In this document: in pieces, positions 36,447 to 48,557 of the stretch
Numbering within the stretch: the first letter of the stretch is position 1
Layout: each line of letters starts with the position of its first letter
From: Candidatus Latescibacterota bacterium
GTDB taxonomy: Bacteria > Latescibacterota > UBA2968 > UBA8231
DNA length: 64,000 nucleotides
Direction: 5' to 3'
Assembly (NCBI GenBank): GCA_965203175.1
Contig: OZ241867.1
Location: forward strand, 6,080,001 to 6,144,000
Translations under genes and position numbers: made by a program
The notes under the pieces: model-generated
The model's database searches: none
The model's input: the letters and a program-made list of their open reading frames with translations, nothing else
Told to the model about the DNA's origin: nothing

Positions 36447-37889
36447 ATGGCGGATTCAATTCGGTTGTTGAGCGACGAAGAGGTGCAGCGGTTTATCATC
36501 GATGGATGTCTGACTGTGCAGGCGGATTATCCACCCTCGTTTCACGCCAGTATTCGCGATCAGATCGAGGCGGTTTTTGCAGAAGAAGGTAATCCCGGAA
36601 ATAATATTTTGCCTCGGGTTCCGCAGATCGGGCGCGTGTTTGAGCACCCCAATGTGAAGGGTGCCCTGACGAGTCTGTTGGGACCCGATTACATTTTGAA
36701 CCCCCATCGACATTGCCACTTGAATCCACCCGGGCGACGGGGACAGCAATGGCATAAAGATTGTTATGTGTACGATCACAATGTACGGCATCCGAGATTT
36801 TACTGGGTGCTCGCTTTTTATTTTCCCCAGGACACGACCGAGGATATGGGGCCGTCGGGGGTGTTGCCCGGGATGCAGATGTACAAAACCATTAGCGATG
36901 TAGATCCCGAAAAAACTCGGGAAAAAGCGCGGGCATTTTGCGGTCCTGCGGGGACGGTGGCGCTCATTCACTTTGACTCTTGGCATCGCGCAACAGAGAA
37001 TGTCAGTAGCAAAAATCGGTATATGTTGAAATTTCAGTTTGCCCGTACGCAGGAGCCAGAGCAACCGACTTGGGATCATCAAAGTCGCGCGTGGTCGCCC
37101 GGAATCGAGGATCGGCATCCGGCCCTATCGCGAGATGTCTGGCACTGGTTGTGTGGAGAACCTGCAAAAAAACAGCGATCTCTAAATGGCAATATGAAAG
37201 ACTTACTCTCGGTCTTAAAGCGCGGATCAGAGGGCGAGCGGTTGGATGCGGCGTATGGGCTGGCCGAGTTTGGCGCGCCGGCCGTGCCCGAACTCGTCGC
37301 CGCCATGCGCGAGGAAGCACTGGCCACTATCGACGAGACCGAGGCCAAGACACCGGATAATGCCCACGGAACAAATCCCACGAGCGGTTGTGCGGCGCTG
37401 GCATTGGCATCCATAGGCGCACCAGCCGCAGGGGCTTTGGCGGAGATGCTGTCCGATGAGCACTGGTGGGTGCGAGCGGTCGCCGCCCATGTGTTGGGAC
37501 GCTTGGGCTCGAGCGCAACGGGGACTGTACCCGCCCTGAGAACGGCGATGAGCGATCACCACTGGTGGGTGCGCCGCAATGCGATTGAGACTTTGGGCAC
37601 CATCGGCGTTTTTTCCGCTGAGTTGATTGCCGACCTGACAGCAGCACTCGGCGATGAGGACTACCGCGTGCGCCGCAACGCCGCCCTCGTGCTGGCGAAG
37701 TCCGGCGAAGCGGGCTGCGTGGCGATTGAGACATTGGCTGAGATGCTCGCGGACGAGAATCGCTACAACCGATTTTACGCCGCCTATGGGTTAAAACAAA
37801 TTGGCACGCCCGACGCACGGGATGTTTTGCTCCGCTCACTTTTCAACTCGCGTTGGTGCTCCATTACGACAAAAGACAACATCTACTGA
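36447..37889 (+). CDS. Phytanoyl-CoA dioxygenase (PhyH) family protein fused to HEAT repeats
   Basis: ATG after AAGGAG; WHKD...WHR facial triad; C-terminal repeats of the form D.HWWVR..A..LG. Confidence 0.85.
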   Translation: MADSIRLLSDEEVQRFIIDGCLTVQADYPPSFHASIRDQIEAVFAEEGNPGNNILPRVPQIGRVFEHPNVKGALTSLLGPDYILNPHRHCHLNPPGRRGQQWHKDCYVYDHNVRHPRFYWVLAFYFPQDTTEDMGPSGVLPGMQMYKTISDVDPEKTREKARAFCGPAGTVALIHFDSWHRATENVSSKNRYMLKFQFARTQEPEQPTWDHQSRAWSPGIEDRHPALSRDVWHWLCGEPAKKQRSLNGNMKDLLSVLKRGSEGERLDAAYGLAEFGAPAVPELVAAMREEALATIDETEAKTPDNAHGTNPTSGCAALALASIGAPAAGALAEMLSDEHWWVRAVAAHVLGRLGSSATGTVPALRTAMSDHHWWVRRNAIETLGTIGVFSAELIADLTAALGDEDYRVRRNAALVLAKSGEAGCVAIETLAEMLADENRYNRFYAAYGLKQIGTPDARDVLLRSLFNSRWCSITTKDNIY

Positions 37890-37978
37890 AGCCCCAAAAG
37901 CCGTGCGAAATCTGGCCAAGCCGCCCCTCCGCCCATACTTTTTGTCGATTCACCAACTCATGGACTGAAAGGAAGTAC

Positions 37979-38968
<990 letters not shown>

Positions 38969-38969
38969 C

Positions 38970-39869
38970 GTGAGCGAAGCCGTCTCCTACCTCCACCCGG
39001 AAACCATCTCGCGCCTCTCGCGCCTCGACCTGATTGCGCGCCTCGTGGTCGAGGGCTTTATCACCGGCCTGCACCGCAGCCCGTACCACGGCTTCTCGGT
39101 CGAATTCTCCGAGCACCGTCCCTACATGCCGGGCGACCCCCTGCGCGACCTCGATTGGAAGGCATACGCCAAGTCCGACCGCCTGTACGTCAAACAGTAC
39201 GAAGAGGAAACCAACCTCAAAGCCTATCTGCTGCTCGACGTGTCCGGCTCCATGGACTTTGCGGCCGGTGCGCCGCTGAGCAAATTTCGCTACGCTGTAT
39301 CTCTAGCAGCCGCGCTGTCGTACCTCATGCTCAAGCAGCGCGACGCGGTCGGCCTGTTGCTCTACCACCACCAGACCGAGGCATACGTGCCGCCGCGCTC
39401 GGTACAAAGCCACCTCCAAGTGCTCCTCAAGACCATCGACCAAGCGCGGCCGCACAACGAGACGAGTATGGCCCCGGCCTTCCACGACCTCGCCGAGCGC
39501 ATCCGCCGCCGCGGCCTCGTCATTGTGCTCTCCGACCTGCTCGACGCGCCCGACCAAGTCCTCGAAGGCCTGCGCCACTTCCGCCACCTGCGGCACGAAG
39601 TGATCGTCTTCCACCTGCTCGACCCCCGCGAGCGCGACCTCGCCTTCCGCGACCAGACCCGCTTCTACGACCTCGAAGACCCAGACCAAACCCTCACCAC
39701 CCAACCCTGGCACATCCAGCACGAATACCGCGCGCTGATGGACGACCTGATCCAGACCTATCGACTCGGGTGCGCCGAGGCCGGCATCGACTACGCCCTG
39801 CTCGACACGGCAACCCCCTTTGACGTGGCCCTATCGCGCTACCTAGCGCAGCGCAAAAAAATGGGTTAG
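38970..39869 (+). CDS. DUF58 (vWA-like) MoxR partner
   Basis: GLHRSPYHGFSVEFSEHRPY.PGD, DWK, KQYEEETN, DVSGSM, LSDL. Confidence 0.92.
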   Translation: MSEAVSYLHPETISRLSRLDLIARLVVEGFITGLHRSPYHGFSVEFSEHRPYMPGDPLRDLDWKAYAKSDRLYVKQYEEETNLKAYLLLDVSGSMDFAAGAPLSKFRYAVSLAAALSYLMLKQRDAVGLLLYHHQTEAYVPPRSVQSHLQVLLKTIDQARPHNETSMAPAFHDLAERIRRRGLVIVLSDLLDAPDQVLEGLRHFRHLRHEVIVFHLLDPRERDLAFRDQTRFYDLEDPDQTLTTQPWHIQHEYRALMDDLIQTYRLGCAEAGIDYALLDTATPFDVALSRYLAQRKKMG

Positions 39870-39885
39870 CCGCCGTCCCGCCCTG

Positions 39886-39917
39886 AAACTTGACTTTTTT
39901 GTACAGATTCCTAAGTT
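39886..39917 (+). promoter_or_regulatory. Putative suf promoter and Rrf2 operator
   Basis: TTGACT (39890-39895), 16 bp, TAAGTT (39912-39917); context AAACTTGACTTTTTTGTAC loosely resembles an IscR/Rrf2-type site; AAGGAG RBS before ATG 39950. Confidence 0.35.
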
Positions 39918-39949
39918 CTTGAGACTGCGCCTAGATACAAGGAGCCAAC

Positions 39950-42496
39950 ATGAGCGAAAGCACCCAAACCCTAGAGCAATTCGCCAACCGCGATTACGAG
40001 TGGGGATTCGTCACCGACATAGAGGCCGACTCGGCCCCACCCGGCCTCAACGAAGAGATCATCCGCTTTATCTCCGCCAAAAAGGACGAGCCTGAGTTCA
40101 TGCTCGACTGGCGGCTCAAAGCCTATCGCCGCTGGCTCACCATGGAGGATCCAACGCGCCGCAAAGAGAGTCAGCGCTGGGCCATGGTCCACTATCCCGA
40201 CATCAACTACCAAGACATCGTTTACTACTCGGCCCCCAAGCAGAAACAGCTCGACAGCCTCGACGAGGTCGATCCCGAAATTTTGGCTACCTACCAGAAG
40301 CTCGGCATCCCGCTCGAAGAGCAGAAAATGCTCGCCGGCGTGGCTGTGGACGCCGTCTTCGACAGCGTCTCCGTGGCCACCACGTTCAAGGACAAGCTGG
40401 CCGATTTGGGCATCATCTTCTGCTCCATGTCCGAAGCCATCCAAGATCACCCCGAGCTTGTGCGAAAATACCTCGGCTCGGTCGTGCCCTATACCGACAA
40501 TTTCTTCGCCACCCTCAACTCCGCGGTCTTTACCGACGGCTCCTTCGTGTACGTGCCGCCGGGCGTGCGCTGCCCCATGGAGCTATCGACGTACTTCCGC
40601 ATCAACGCGGCGAACACCGGCCAATTCGAGCGCACCTTGGTCATCGCCGACGAGGGGTCGTACGTGTCATATTTAGAGGGCTGCCTCCCGCCCGGCGAAC
40701 AGGTATCAACGCCCACGGGCTGGAGAAACATCGAGAGCCTAAAACCCGGCGACTTGGTGTACGATCACGAGGGTGCCCCTCGCAGAGTGCGTGCCTCCAT
40801 GACCCGCCGCCACAAGGGCGAAATGATCACCATTCGCCCAGTGTCGCGTTACAACCAGTTCAGTTTGACCTCGGAGCATCCCGTGCTAGCCATCAAGCGC
40901 GAGGGCGTTCGGGTCAAACGCAAAGCGCGCCGCAACGGCTGGTTGCCCGAAGTCGATACAAAGAAACTGCTGGCCGCCGACCCCGAGTGGGTCCCCGCCG
41001 GACAACTGGCTCAAGGCGACTTCGTCCTCGTGCCCAAATTGCAGCAACAGGAGAGGGCTGGTTTCAGCGACCAAGAGACCGAATTGCTCGGCTATTACCT
41101 CGCCGAAGGCAGTTCCTACCACAACAAGGCCAACAAGCAACACACCAATCAGTTCTCCTTCGGCCTTCAAGAAAAAGACCTTATCGCGCAGACGCGGTCC
41201 CTGATTGAAGATGTGACCGGCAGGCCATCGTACCTGACCGAGCAGCCCGACCGCAATGGGGCTGGTGTGGCCTTCTTCTCCCAACAGTACGCCGACTGGT
41301 TCATCGAACACTGCGGTAAGGGGGCCTGTACCAAGATGCTCAGCGAGGGGTTGATGAGCCTACCCACGCGCCAAGCCAAAATTCTCCTCGACGCCTATCT
41401 CGAAGGGGACGGCAATGTCCACGACCGTGGCAACTCGCGCATGGTGCGCTTCTGCACCGGCTCCGAGACCTTGGCGCAGCAGGTCCAGATGCTGCTCAAT
41501 CGACTAGGGATCTACGCTTGGATCACGGTTCGCCAAGGCGGCAAGGGGAAATTCTCCAATAATTCCGACCGGGTCGTCAACCGCCAGCCGCTGTATCAGG
41601 TCGGCTATACCGAAAGCAAGAAGTGGGACATGGTCCGCGAGACCGACACCCATTTTATTGTCCCGATCCGCGAAGTGACCCGCGCCCCCTACGACGATCT
41701 GGTCTTCAACATCGACGTCGAAGAGACCCATAGCTACACCGTGCGCGGCACGGCCGTCCACAACTGCACAGCGCCCATGCGCGACGAAAACCAGCTCCAC
41801 GCAGCCGTCGTCGAACTCGTAGCCCTCGGCGACGCACAGATCAAGTACTCCACCGTGCAGAACTGGTATCCCGGCGACGAAAACGGCAAAGGCGGGATCT
41901 ACAACTTCGTCACCAAGCGCGGCGCATGTCGCGGCGACCATTCCAAGATCTCGTGGACCCAAGTAGAGACCGGCTCGGCCATCACTTGGAAGTACCCTAG
42001 CTGCATCCTCCAAGGCGATCACTCGATCGGCGAATTTTACTCAGTAGCCGTCACCTCCAAGCGGCAGCAGGCCGACACGGGCACCAAGATGCACCACATC
42101 GGCAAAAACACCCGCAGCACCATTGTCTCCAAGGGCATTTCAGCCCAGCGCGGCCAAAACACCTATCGCGGCAAGGTGCAGGTGCTCAAAAACGCGACCG
42201 GTGCCCGCAACTTCACCCAGTGCGATTCCATGCTCATCGGCGACCAATGCGGCGCGCACACCTTTCCCTATATCGAGGTCCGCAATCCCACCGCCCACGT
42301 CGAGCACGAGGCTTCCACCTCCAAGATCGGCGAGGACCAAATTTTCTACTGCAACCAGCGCGGGATTTCCACTGAAGACGCCATCTCCATGATCGTCAAC
42401 GGCTTCTGCAAGGAAGTCCTCGCCGAACTGCCGATGGAATTCGCCGTCGAGGCGCAAAAGCTGCTGGGGATCAGCCTCGAAGGCAGCGTCGGGTAG
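39950..42496 (+). CDS. sufB: Fe-S cluster assembly protein SufB containing an intein
   Basis: VDAVFDSVSV, STYFRIN, GQFERTL, YLEG|intein|CTAP, YNFVTKRG, QADTGTK, EHEASTSKI, LEGSVG. Confidence 0.97.
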   Translation: MSESTQTLEQFANRDYEWGFVTDIEADSAPPGLNEEIIRFISAKKDEPEFMLDWRLKAYRRWLTMEDPTRRKESQRWAMVHYPDINYQDIVYYSAPKQKQLDSLDEVDPEILATYQKLGIPLEEQKMLAGVAVDAVFDSVSVATTFKDKLADLGIIFCSMSEAIQDHPELVRKYLGSVVPYTDNFFATLNSAVFTDGSFVYVPPGVRCPMELSTYFRINAANTGQFERTLVIADEGSYVSYLEGCLPPGEQVSTPTGWRNIESLKPGDLVYDHEGAPRRVRASMTRRHKGEMITIRPVSRYNQFSLTSEHPVLAIKREGVRVKRKARRNGWLPEVDTKKLLAADPEWVPAGQLAQGDFVLVPKLQQQERAGFSDQETELLGYYLAEGSSYHNKANKQHTNQFSFGLQEKDLIAQTRSLIEDVTGRPSYLTEQPDRNGAGVAFFSQQYADWFIEHCGKGACTKMLSEGLMSLPTRQAKILLDAYLEGDGNVHDRGNSRMVRFCTGSETLAQQVQMLLNRLGIYAWITVRQGGKGKFSNNSDRVVNRQPLYQVGYTESKKWDMVRETDTHFIVPIREVTRAPYDDLVFNIDVEETHSYTVRGTAVHNCTAPMRDENQLHAAVVELVALGDAQIKYSTVQNWYPGDENGKGGIYNFVTKRGACRGDHSKISWTQVETGSAITWKYPSCILQGDHSIGEFYSVAVTSKRQQADTGTKMHHIGKNTRSTIVSKGISAQRGQNTYRGKVQVLKNATGARNFTQCDSMLIGDQCGAHTFPYIEVRNPTAHVEHEASTSKIGEDQIFYCNQRGISTEDAISMIVNGFCKEVLAELPMEFAVEAQKLLGISLEGSVG
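40682..41764 (+). mobile_element. Intein (361 aa) with LAGLIDADG homing endonuclease in sufB
   Basis: Starts CLPPG after YLEG; block B LTSEHP; LLGYYLAEG and LLDAYLEGDG; block F VFNIDV; ends AVHN before C+1 of CTAP. Confidence 0.95.
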
Positions 42497-42561
42497 ATGA
42501 ATGCGATAGAGGCTGCGAGACTGAGCACTACTGTCGATAGCTCAAAGGATAAGTAAATGGG

Positions 42562-42816
42562 ATGGCTTGGTAAGGGTGCTTCCGCATGGCGTACCACCTG
42601 CATTATGACGACAACGGTACCAAGGGCGCAACGCATGTCATACGGGAAATGTACAACGCCGAGGTCGTCAAGCGACTAGCGCGCATCCTCTATAACCACT
42701 ACGACCGCAAAGGTGACTCATAAAACGCGGTCATCTTCAACAATCTCGTTACCACGTGGCAGGATATTATCACGAGAACGCAAGGTCCCGCATAGGGCAG
42801 GCTTTTCGAGAGATAG
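42562..42816 (+). pseudogene. Decayed 3' remnant of a DUF1156-like adenine DNA methyltransferase
   Basis: One frame reads MAW*GCFRMAYHL...VKRLARILYNHYDRKGDS*NAVIFNNLVTTWQDII..GPA*GRLFER* (stops at 42571, 42721, 42793). It resembles the DUF1156 C-terminal pattern LAYRLY...RK...A..YN.LV.SW..I. Confidence 0.55.
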
Positions 42817-42823
42817 GAATGGT

Positions 42824-43777
42824 ATGAATCAGAAATCTGGATTCCCTTCTGTACCGATAGAGACGCTTCCATTTTGTTGCGGGGATAGAGAACTCGCTAT
42901 TAGTTCAAGTGATTTATACGAGGACAACTTGATCTATGTAAAAAATCTCAAATATGATTATTACAGCCAAATGGCCGATATGCTAGAAGACTTATGGAAC
43001 GAGGATACCGCCAACGAATCTATTGCGATGAATATAAGGCTGCTTTATTTCCAGAGTTTAGAAACTTTGATGGCATTTCTATCCGCATTTGCTCAAGCTG
43101 GTCCAATAGTTGTTGGATGGATGCACCTTTATATGCCAAACGATCTCAGCCTTATTATTCAGAAGATATCTAACGGTGAACATAGTTATAACAGGACTCC
43201 TTTCAAGGAGTTGACTTGGTTCAAGTTAGCCAGTTGGATTATCGGACGAAGTGAGTATAAAGAGAAATTTGAAGATGTATACGGAAAGCTGTGGGGCAAG
43301 TTTTCTTCAGACTTCTTAGACAACTCGCTTATAAACGAGTATAACAGTCAAAAACATGGTCTCAGAATCAGTCTCCAAGAAGACATGAAACCAGGCAAGA
43401 TTTATAATATAAGTCAGAACACGAGTTTTGATGTAGGTCCACAAGGCTTAGGTGCTTTATCTTTTGTGAAGAGAAAGATAGCAGGCTTCAATCACAATCT
43501 CTGTCGCCAAGTGAGAGAGTGGAACATCCTAGATAATCTTGAAGGGCTGCGACTAGTTTCAGTTTCATTAGAACAGGTGCTTGTATGTATAACGGGTTAT
43601 CTTGAACATATGATGAAACGTTCTGGTATCTCTATGGGCACTTTTACTATTCCAGAGAAAAGGATTTATGAATACTTAGCAAATAGACATGAAGATACTT
43701 TTGTATTTACTGAAGAGATACAGGGCTCTACGTCTCCGTTGAGAAAGGGTGATGTCATAAGTACCTATAGAGGTTAG
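42824..43777 (+). CDS. AT-rich orphan protein, possibly HEPN-like
   Basis: Long ORF with markedly lower GC; helical; YFQSLETL and EYNSQKHG motifs. Start at ATG 42824 preferred over GTG 42713. Confidence 0.65.
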   Translation: MNQKSGFPSVPIETLPFCCGDRELAISSSDLYEDNLIYVKNLKYDYYSQMADMLEDLWNEDTANESIAMNIRLLYFQSLETLMAFLSAFAQAGPIVVGWMHLYMPNDLSLIIQKISNGEHSYNRTPFKELTWFKLASWIIGRSEYKEKFEDVYGKLWGKFSSDFLDNSLINEYNSQKHGLRISLQEDMKPGKIYNISQNTSFDVGPQGLGALSFVKRKIAGFNHNLCRQVREWNILDNLEGLRLVSVSLEQVLVCITGYLEHMMKRSGISMGTFTIPEKRIYEYLANRHEDTFVFTEEIQGSTSPLRKGDVISTYRG

Positions 43778-43963
43778 AAATTCACGATATAATAATATAA
43801 TGATATACTATCGCTCAAGTCGAAGGGAGCATTCCTACTTGGTAAATCAAACCACCCACAGGAGACACTATCTCATGCAAACAGTTAACAATATAATTTA
43901 CCTGATAACTGTTTACTGATAAATCGTCACACATAGCATTACAACCCCAATCGAAAGCGTCCT

Positions 43964-44709
<746 letters not shown>

Positions 44710-44713
<4 letters not shown>

Positions 44714-46002
44714 ACGGCGTCGCCCATTATCAGTCCTGCTTTAACGACCTCGTCGGCACAGATGAGTTGCTGTCGCTGCGGCAAAAAGCCATTGAGCACC
44801 TCGCCGACGCTGGCTTTCCCACGACCAAAGACGAGGAGTGGGCTTTTACCAACATCGGCCCGCTGACTCGGATCAACTTCGAACTAGCCACATCCGCGTC
44901 CGCACCTGCCGTTCTCGACGACTACCGCTACGGCCTCAACGGGCTGGTCTTTGTCGATGGCCACTTTGCCCCTGCGCATTCTCATCTCAACGGCCTGTCC
45001 GCCGGTGTGCGCGTCGAGCACTTGGGCGACGCCATTGCCTCAAACGGCGACCTAGTCTCGGAGTCCCTAGGCCAAGCCGCCACCACCGAGAACGAGGCAT
45101 TCACCGCGCTCAACACCGCCTTCTTGCAAGACGGTGCGGTCGTCTATCTACCCCCGGGAGCCGTCGTCGAGCAGCCCATCCACTTGCTGTTTGTCTCCAC
45201 CGGCCAACGCGCCAACGTCGTCTCTCATCCGCGCGTCCTCGTAGTCGTCGAAGCCAACGCCCAAGCGACCCTAGTCGAAAGCTACGTCGGCTTGGATTCG
45301 GAACCGTATCTGACCAATAGCGTCAGCGAATTCTTCGTCGGCCCCAACGCCGTGCTCGACCACTACCGAATCCAGCGCGAATCCGCCGCCGCCTTCCACA
45401 TTGCAGCGACCCACGTCCGCGAGGAACGCGCCGCTCAATTTCGCTCGACCGCCATCACCTTGGGCGGACGCCTGACCCGCCACCACGTCCACACCGCTTT
45501 AGAGGGCGAAGGCGTTGACTCCACTCTCAACGGCCTCTACATCGAAGACGGGGCGCAACACGTCGATAACCACACGCTCATCGAACACGCCCAGCCTCAC
45601 TGCCAGAGCCACGAATTCTACAAGGGCATCCTCGGCGGCCGGGCCACCGGCGTCTTCCGCGGCAAGATCCACGTCCACCAAGCCGCGCAAAAAACCGACG
45701 CCTACCAAGCCAACCAAAACCTCCTACTTTCGGAGACGGCCCAAATAAACACCAAGCCCCAGCTCGAAATCTACGCCGACGACGTCAAGTGTTCGCACGG
45801 AGCCACCATTGGCCAGCTCGACGAAGACGCCCTCTTTTACTTGCGCTCCCGTGGCATTGGCCACCAAGAGGCCGTCCGAGTGCTGACGCGCGCCTTTGCC
45901 GGCGAAGTCCTCGACCGCGTGCGCGTCCCCGCCCTCAAAGACCAACTCGACCGACTAGTCGATCACCGGCTAGATCAAGCTGCCGCCGAAGTTGCCCCAT
46001 GA
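44710..46002 (+). CDS. sufD: Fe-S cluster assembly protein SufD
   Basis: [43 protein letters not shown]. Confidence 0.95.
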
Positions 46003-47228
46003 CCGCTTCCTTTGACATCACCAAGGTCCGCCGCGACTTCCCCGTACTCGGCGAGAAAATCCGTGGCAAGGACCTCGTCTATTTCGACAATGGCGCAACC
46101 ACCCAAAAGCCGCTGACGGTCATCTACGCGCTCCAGCGCTACTACGCCCGCGAAAACGCCAACATTCATCGCGGCGTCCACTTCCTCAGCCAGCAGGCGA
46201 CCTTTGCCTACGAGCGAGCGCGCGGTCGCGTCGGCCAATTCATCAACGCCCGCGAGAGCAGCGAAATCGTCTTCGTGCGCGGCACCACCGAGGCGCTCAA
46301 TCTCGTCGCCTACAGCTACGGCCGGTCGCAGCTAGGCCCCGACGACGAGATCATCGTCTCGCAGCTAGAGCACCACTCCAACATCGTGCCGTGGCAACTG
46401 CTGTGCGAGGAAAAGGGCGCGCGCCTGCGGGTAGTGCCCATCAGCGATACGGGCGAGTTCCTCTTCGACGAGTACGAGCGCCTGCTGTGCGAGCGCACCC
46501 GCATCGTCGCCATCGCCCACGCTTCCAACGCCCTCGGCACCATCCTGCCGGTAAAGGAAATCACTGCCTTGGCCCACCAGCACGGCGCAGTCGTCGTTGT
46601 CGATGGAGCGCAAGGAGTGCCCCACCTGCCGGTGGACGTGCAAGACCTCGACTGCGACTTCTACGCCTTTTCCGGGCACAAGCTCTTCGGCCCCACCGGC
46701 ATTGGCGTGCTCTACGGCAAGCAGGCCCTTTTACACGCCATGCCGCCCTATGAAGGCGGCGGCTCCATGATCGAAAAGGTCAGCTTTGCCGGCACCACGT
46801 ATGCTCCCCCGCCGATGCGCTTTGAGGCCGGCACGCCGCACATCGCCGGCGTCACTGGCTTGGAGACCGCCATTGATTACGTCAACTCCGTGGGCCGCGA
46901 GCAGATCGCCGCGTACGAGGCCGACTTGCTTGCGTACGCCGACGCAGCCCTCGCCGACATTCCGGGTCTGCGCCTGATTGGCACGGCCCGCGAGCGCGTG
47001 GCCGTGATCTCCTTCGCCCTCGGCGACATCCACCCGCACGACATCGGCACCATCCTCGACGCTGAGGGCATTGCCGTGCGCGCTGGCCACCACTGCGCCC
47101 AGCCGACCATGCAGTTTTACCAAGTGCCCGCTACGGTGCGCGCCTCGTTGGCTTTTTACAACACGCGCGCAGAAATTGACGCCCTAGTCGCGGCATTGCA
47201 CAAGGTCAAGGAGGTATTTGGTGGGTAA
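45999..47228 (+). CDS. sufS: SufS cysteine desulfurase
   Basis: YFDNGATTQKP, EHHSNIVPW, FSGHK, FEAGTP, RAGHHCAQP; ATG overlaps the sufD stop. Confidence 0.96.
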   Translation: MTASFDITKVRRDFPVLGEKIRGKDLVYFDNGATTQKPLTVIYALQRYYARENANIHRGVHFLSQQATFAYERARGRVGQFINARESSEIVFVRGTTEALNLVAYSYGRSQLGPDDEIIVSQLEHHSNIVPWQLLCEEKGARLRVVPISDTGEFLFDEYERLLCERTRIVAIAHASNALGTILPVKEITALAHQHGAVVVVDGAQGVPHLPVDVQDLDCDFYAFSGHKLFGPTGIGVLYGKQALLHAMPPYEGGGSMIEKVSFAGTTYAPPPMRFEAGTPHIAGVTGLETAIDYVNSVGREQIAAYEADLLAYADAALADIPGLRLIGTARERVAVISFALGDIHPHDIGTILDAEGIAVRAGHHCAQPTMQFYQVPATVRASLAFYNTRAEIDALVAALHKVKEVFGG

Positions 47229-47272
47229 GAAATGGGTAAAGGTTTATACAACATTAATGAGGTATTTCAACG

Positions 47273-47725
47273 ATGACTGAGCTTCGCGAGCTATACCAGC
47301 AGATCATCCTCGATCACAACAAAAATCCGCGCAATTTCGGCAAGCTGCCCGAGGCCAATCGCATGCAAGAGGGCCACAATCCCCTGTGTGGCGACCACCT
47401 GCAGATCTATCTCCACGTGGCCGACGAGCGGATTGCCGACATTAGCTTTGACGGATCGGGTTGCGCCATTTCCAAAGCCTCGGCTTCCCTGATGACCGCC
47501 GCCCTCAAAGGCAAGCGTCCCGACGAGGCGGTCAAGCTGTTTGAGCAGTTCCAGCAGATGGTGACCGCCGAGCCAGATGCACCCGTCGATCACCAAGCCT
47601 TGGGCAAGATGGCCGTCTTCGCTGGGGTGCGCGAGTTCCCCATGCGCGTCAAGTGCGCGACCCTCGCTTGGCACGCCGCCAAAGCGGCCATAGAACAAGA
47701 CCCATCGCCTGCATCCACCGAATAG
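47273..47725 (+). CDS. sufU: SufU sulfur-transfer/scaffold protein
   Basis: LYQQIILDH, NPLCGD, GCAISKAS, RVKCATL. Confidence 0.93.
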   Translation: MTELRELYQQIILDHNKNPRNFGKLPEANRMQEGHNPLCGDHLQIYLHVADERIADISFDGSGCAISKASASLMTAALKGKRPDEAVKLFEQFQQMVTAEPDAPVDHQALGKMAVFAGVREFPMRVKCATLAWHAAKAAIEQDPSPASTE

Positions 47726-47758
47726 AACGTGTAACTAACCGCGAAAAAGGAGTCCTCC

Positions 47759-48097
47759 ATGGAACTGTTGCACGAAAAAACCTTTCCCCCCGATTCTACC
47801 GAGGCCAAAGTCGTGGCCGTGCTCAAGACCTGCTACGACCCCGAGATTCCGGTCGATATCTTTGCCCTCGGCCTGATCTACGATGTCGAGGTCAGCGACT
47901 CTCAGGACGTCCATGTGACCATGACCTTGACCTCGCCTGCCTGCCCGGTAGCCGGCACCCTGCCGCCGGAAATCGAACACAAAATCAAGTCCCACGTCCC
48001 GGGCATCGCCACGGCCTTGGTCGAGGTCGTGTGGGATCCGCCGTGGACGATCGACATGATGACCGAAGGGGCCAAACTCGAACTAGGCATGATGTGA
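47759..48097 (+). CDS. sufT: DUF59/SufT Fe-S maturation protein
   Basis: DPEIPVDI..LGLIY, MTLTSPACP, WDPPW. Confidence 0.9.
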   Translation: MELLHEKTFPPDSTEAKVVAVLKTCYDPEIPVDIFALGLIYDVEVSDSQDVHVTMTLTSPACPVAGTLPPEIEHKIKSHVPGIATALVEVVWDPPWTIDMMTEGAKLELGMM

Positions 48098-48098
48098 C

Positions 48099-48557
48099 AT
48101 GAAACTCAACTCGAGCGAAGAATACGGCTTGCGCTGCCTCTTGCAACTGGCCCGCCAAGCCCCCGGCAGCCTGACCATCCCGGAAATCAGCCAAGCCGAG
48201 GGCATCACCCATCACAACGTCGCCAAGCTCTTGCGCATTCTCCGGCAAGGCGGCTTTGTCGCAAGTGCCCGTGGCCAGCAAGGCGGCTACGCCCTCGCCA
48301 AGCCCCCCCACCAAATCGCCGTGGCCGACGCGCTCGCCACGCTGGGCGGTCGCCTCTTCGACGACGGCTTCTGCGATCACTTTGCCGGCAGCGCGGATTG
48401 CTGCACGCACTCGCTGACTGCGTGTTCAGTGCGCGCGCTGTGGGGGCAAGTGCAGCAGGCCGTGGATCAAATTTTATCGCGCACAACCCTCGCCGACCTG
48501 CTGGAACAGGGGTACGCCCTAGCCGACGAAGAGGCCCTGCTCGATATATCGGCTTAG
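48099..48557 (+). CDS. Rrf2-family transcriptional regulator (probably Fe-S binding)
   Basis: YGLRCLL, L..GGFVASARG..GGY.LA, Cys cluster CDHFAGSADCC.....C, TLADL. Confidence 0.9.
   Translation: MKLNSSEEYGLRCLLQLARQAPGSLTIPEISQAEGITHHNVAKLLRILRQGGFVASARGQQGGYALAKPPHQIAVADALATLGGRLFDDGFCDHFAGSADCCTHSLTACSVRALWGQVQQAVDQILSRTTLADLLEQGYALADEEALLDISA

Noticed and set aside
43875-43919. Mini-ORF MQTVNNIIYLITVY with an AGGAG upstream
   Set aside because: Only 14 codons; could be a gene scar but cannot be assigned.
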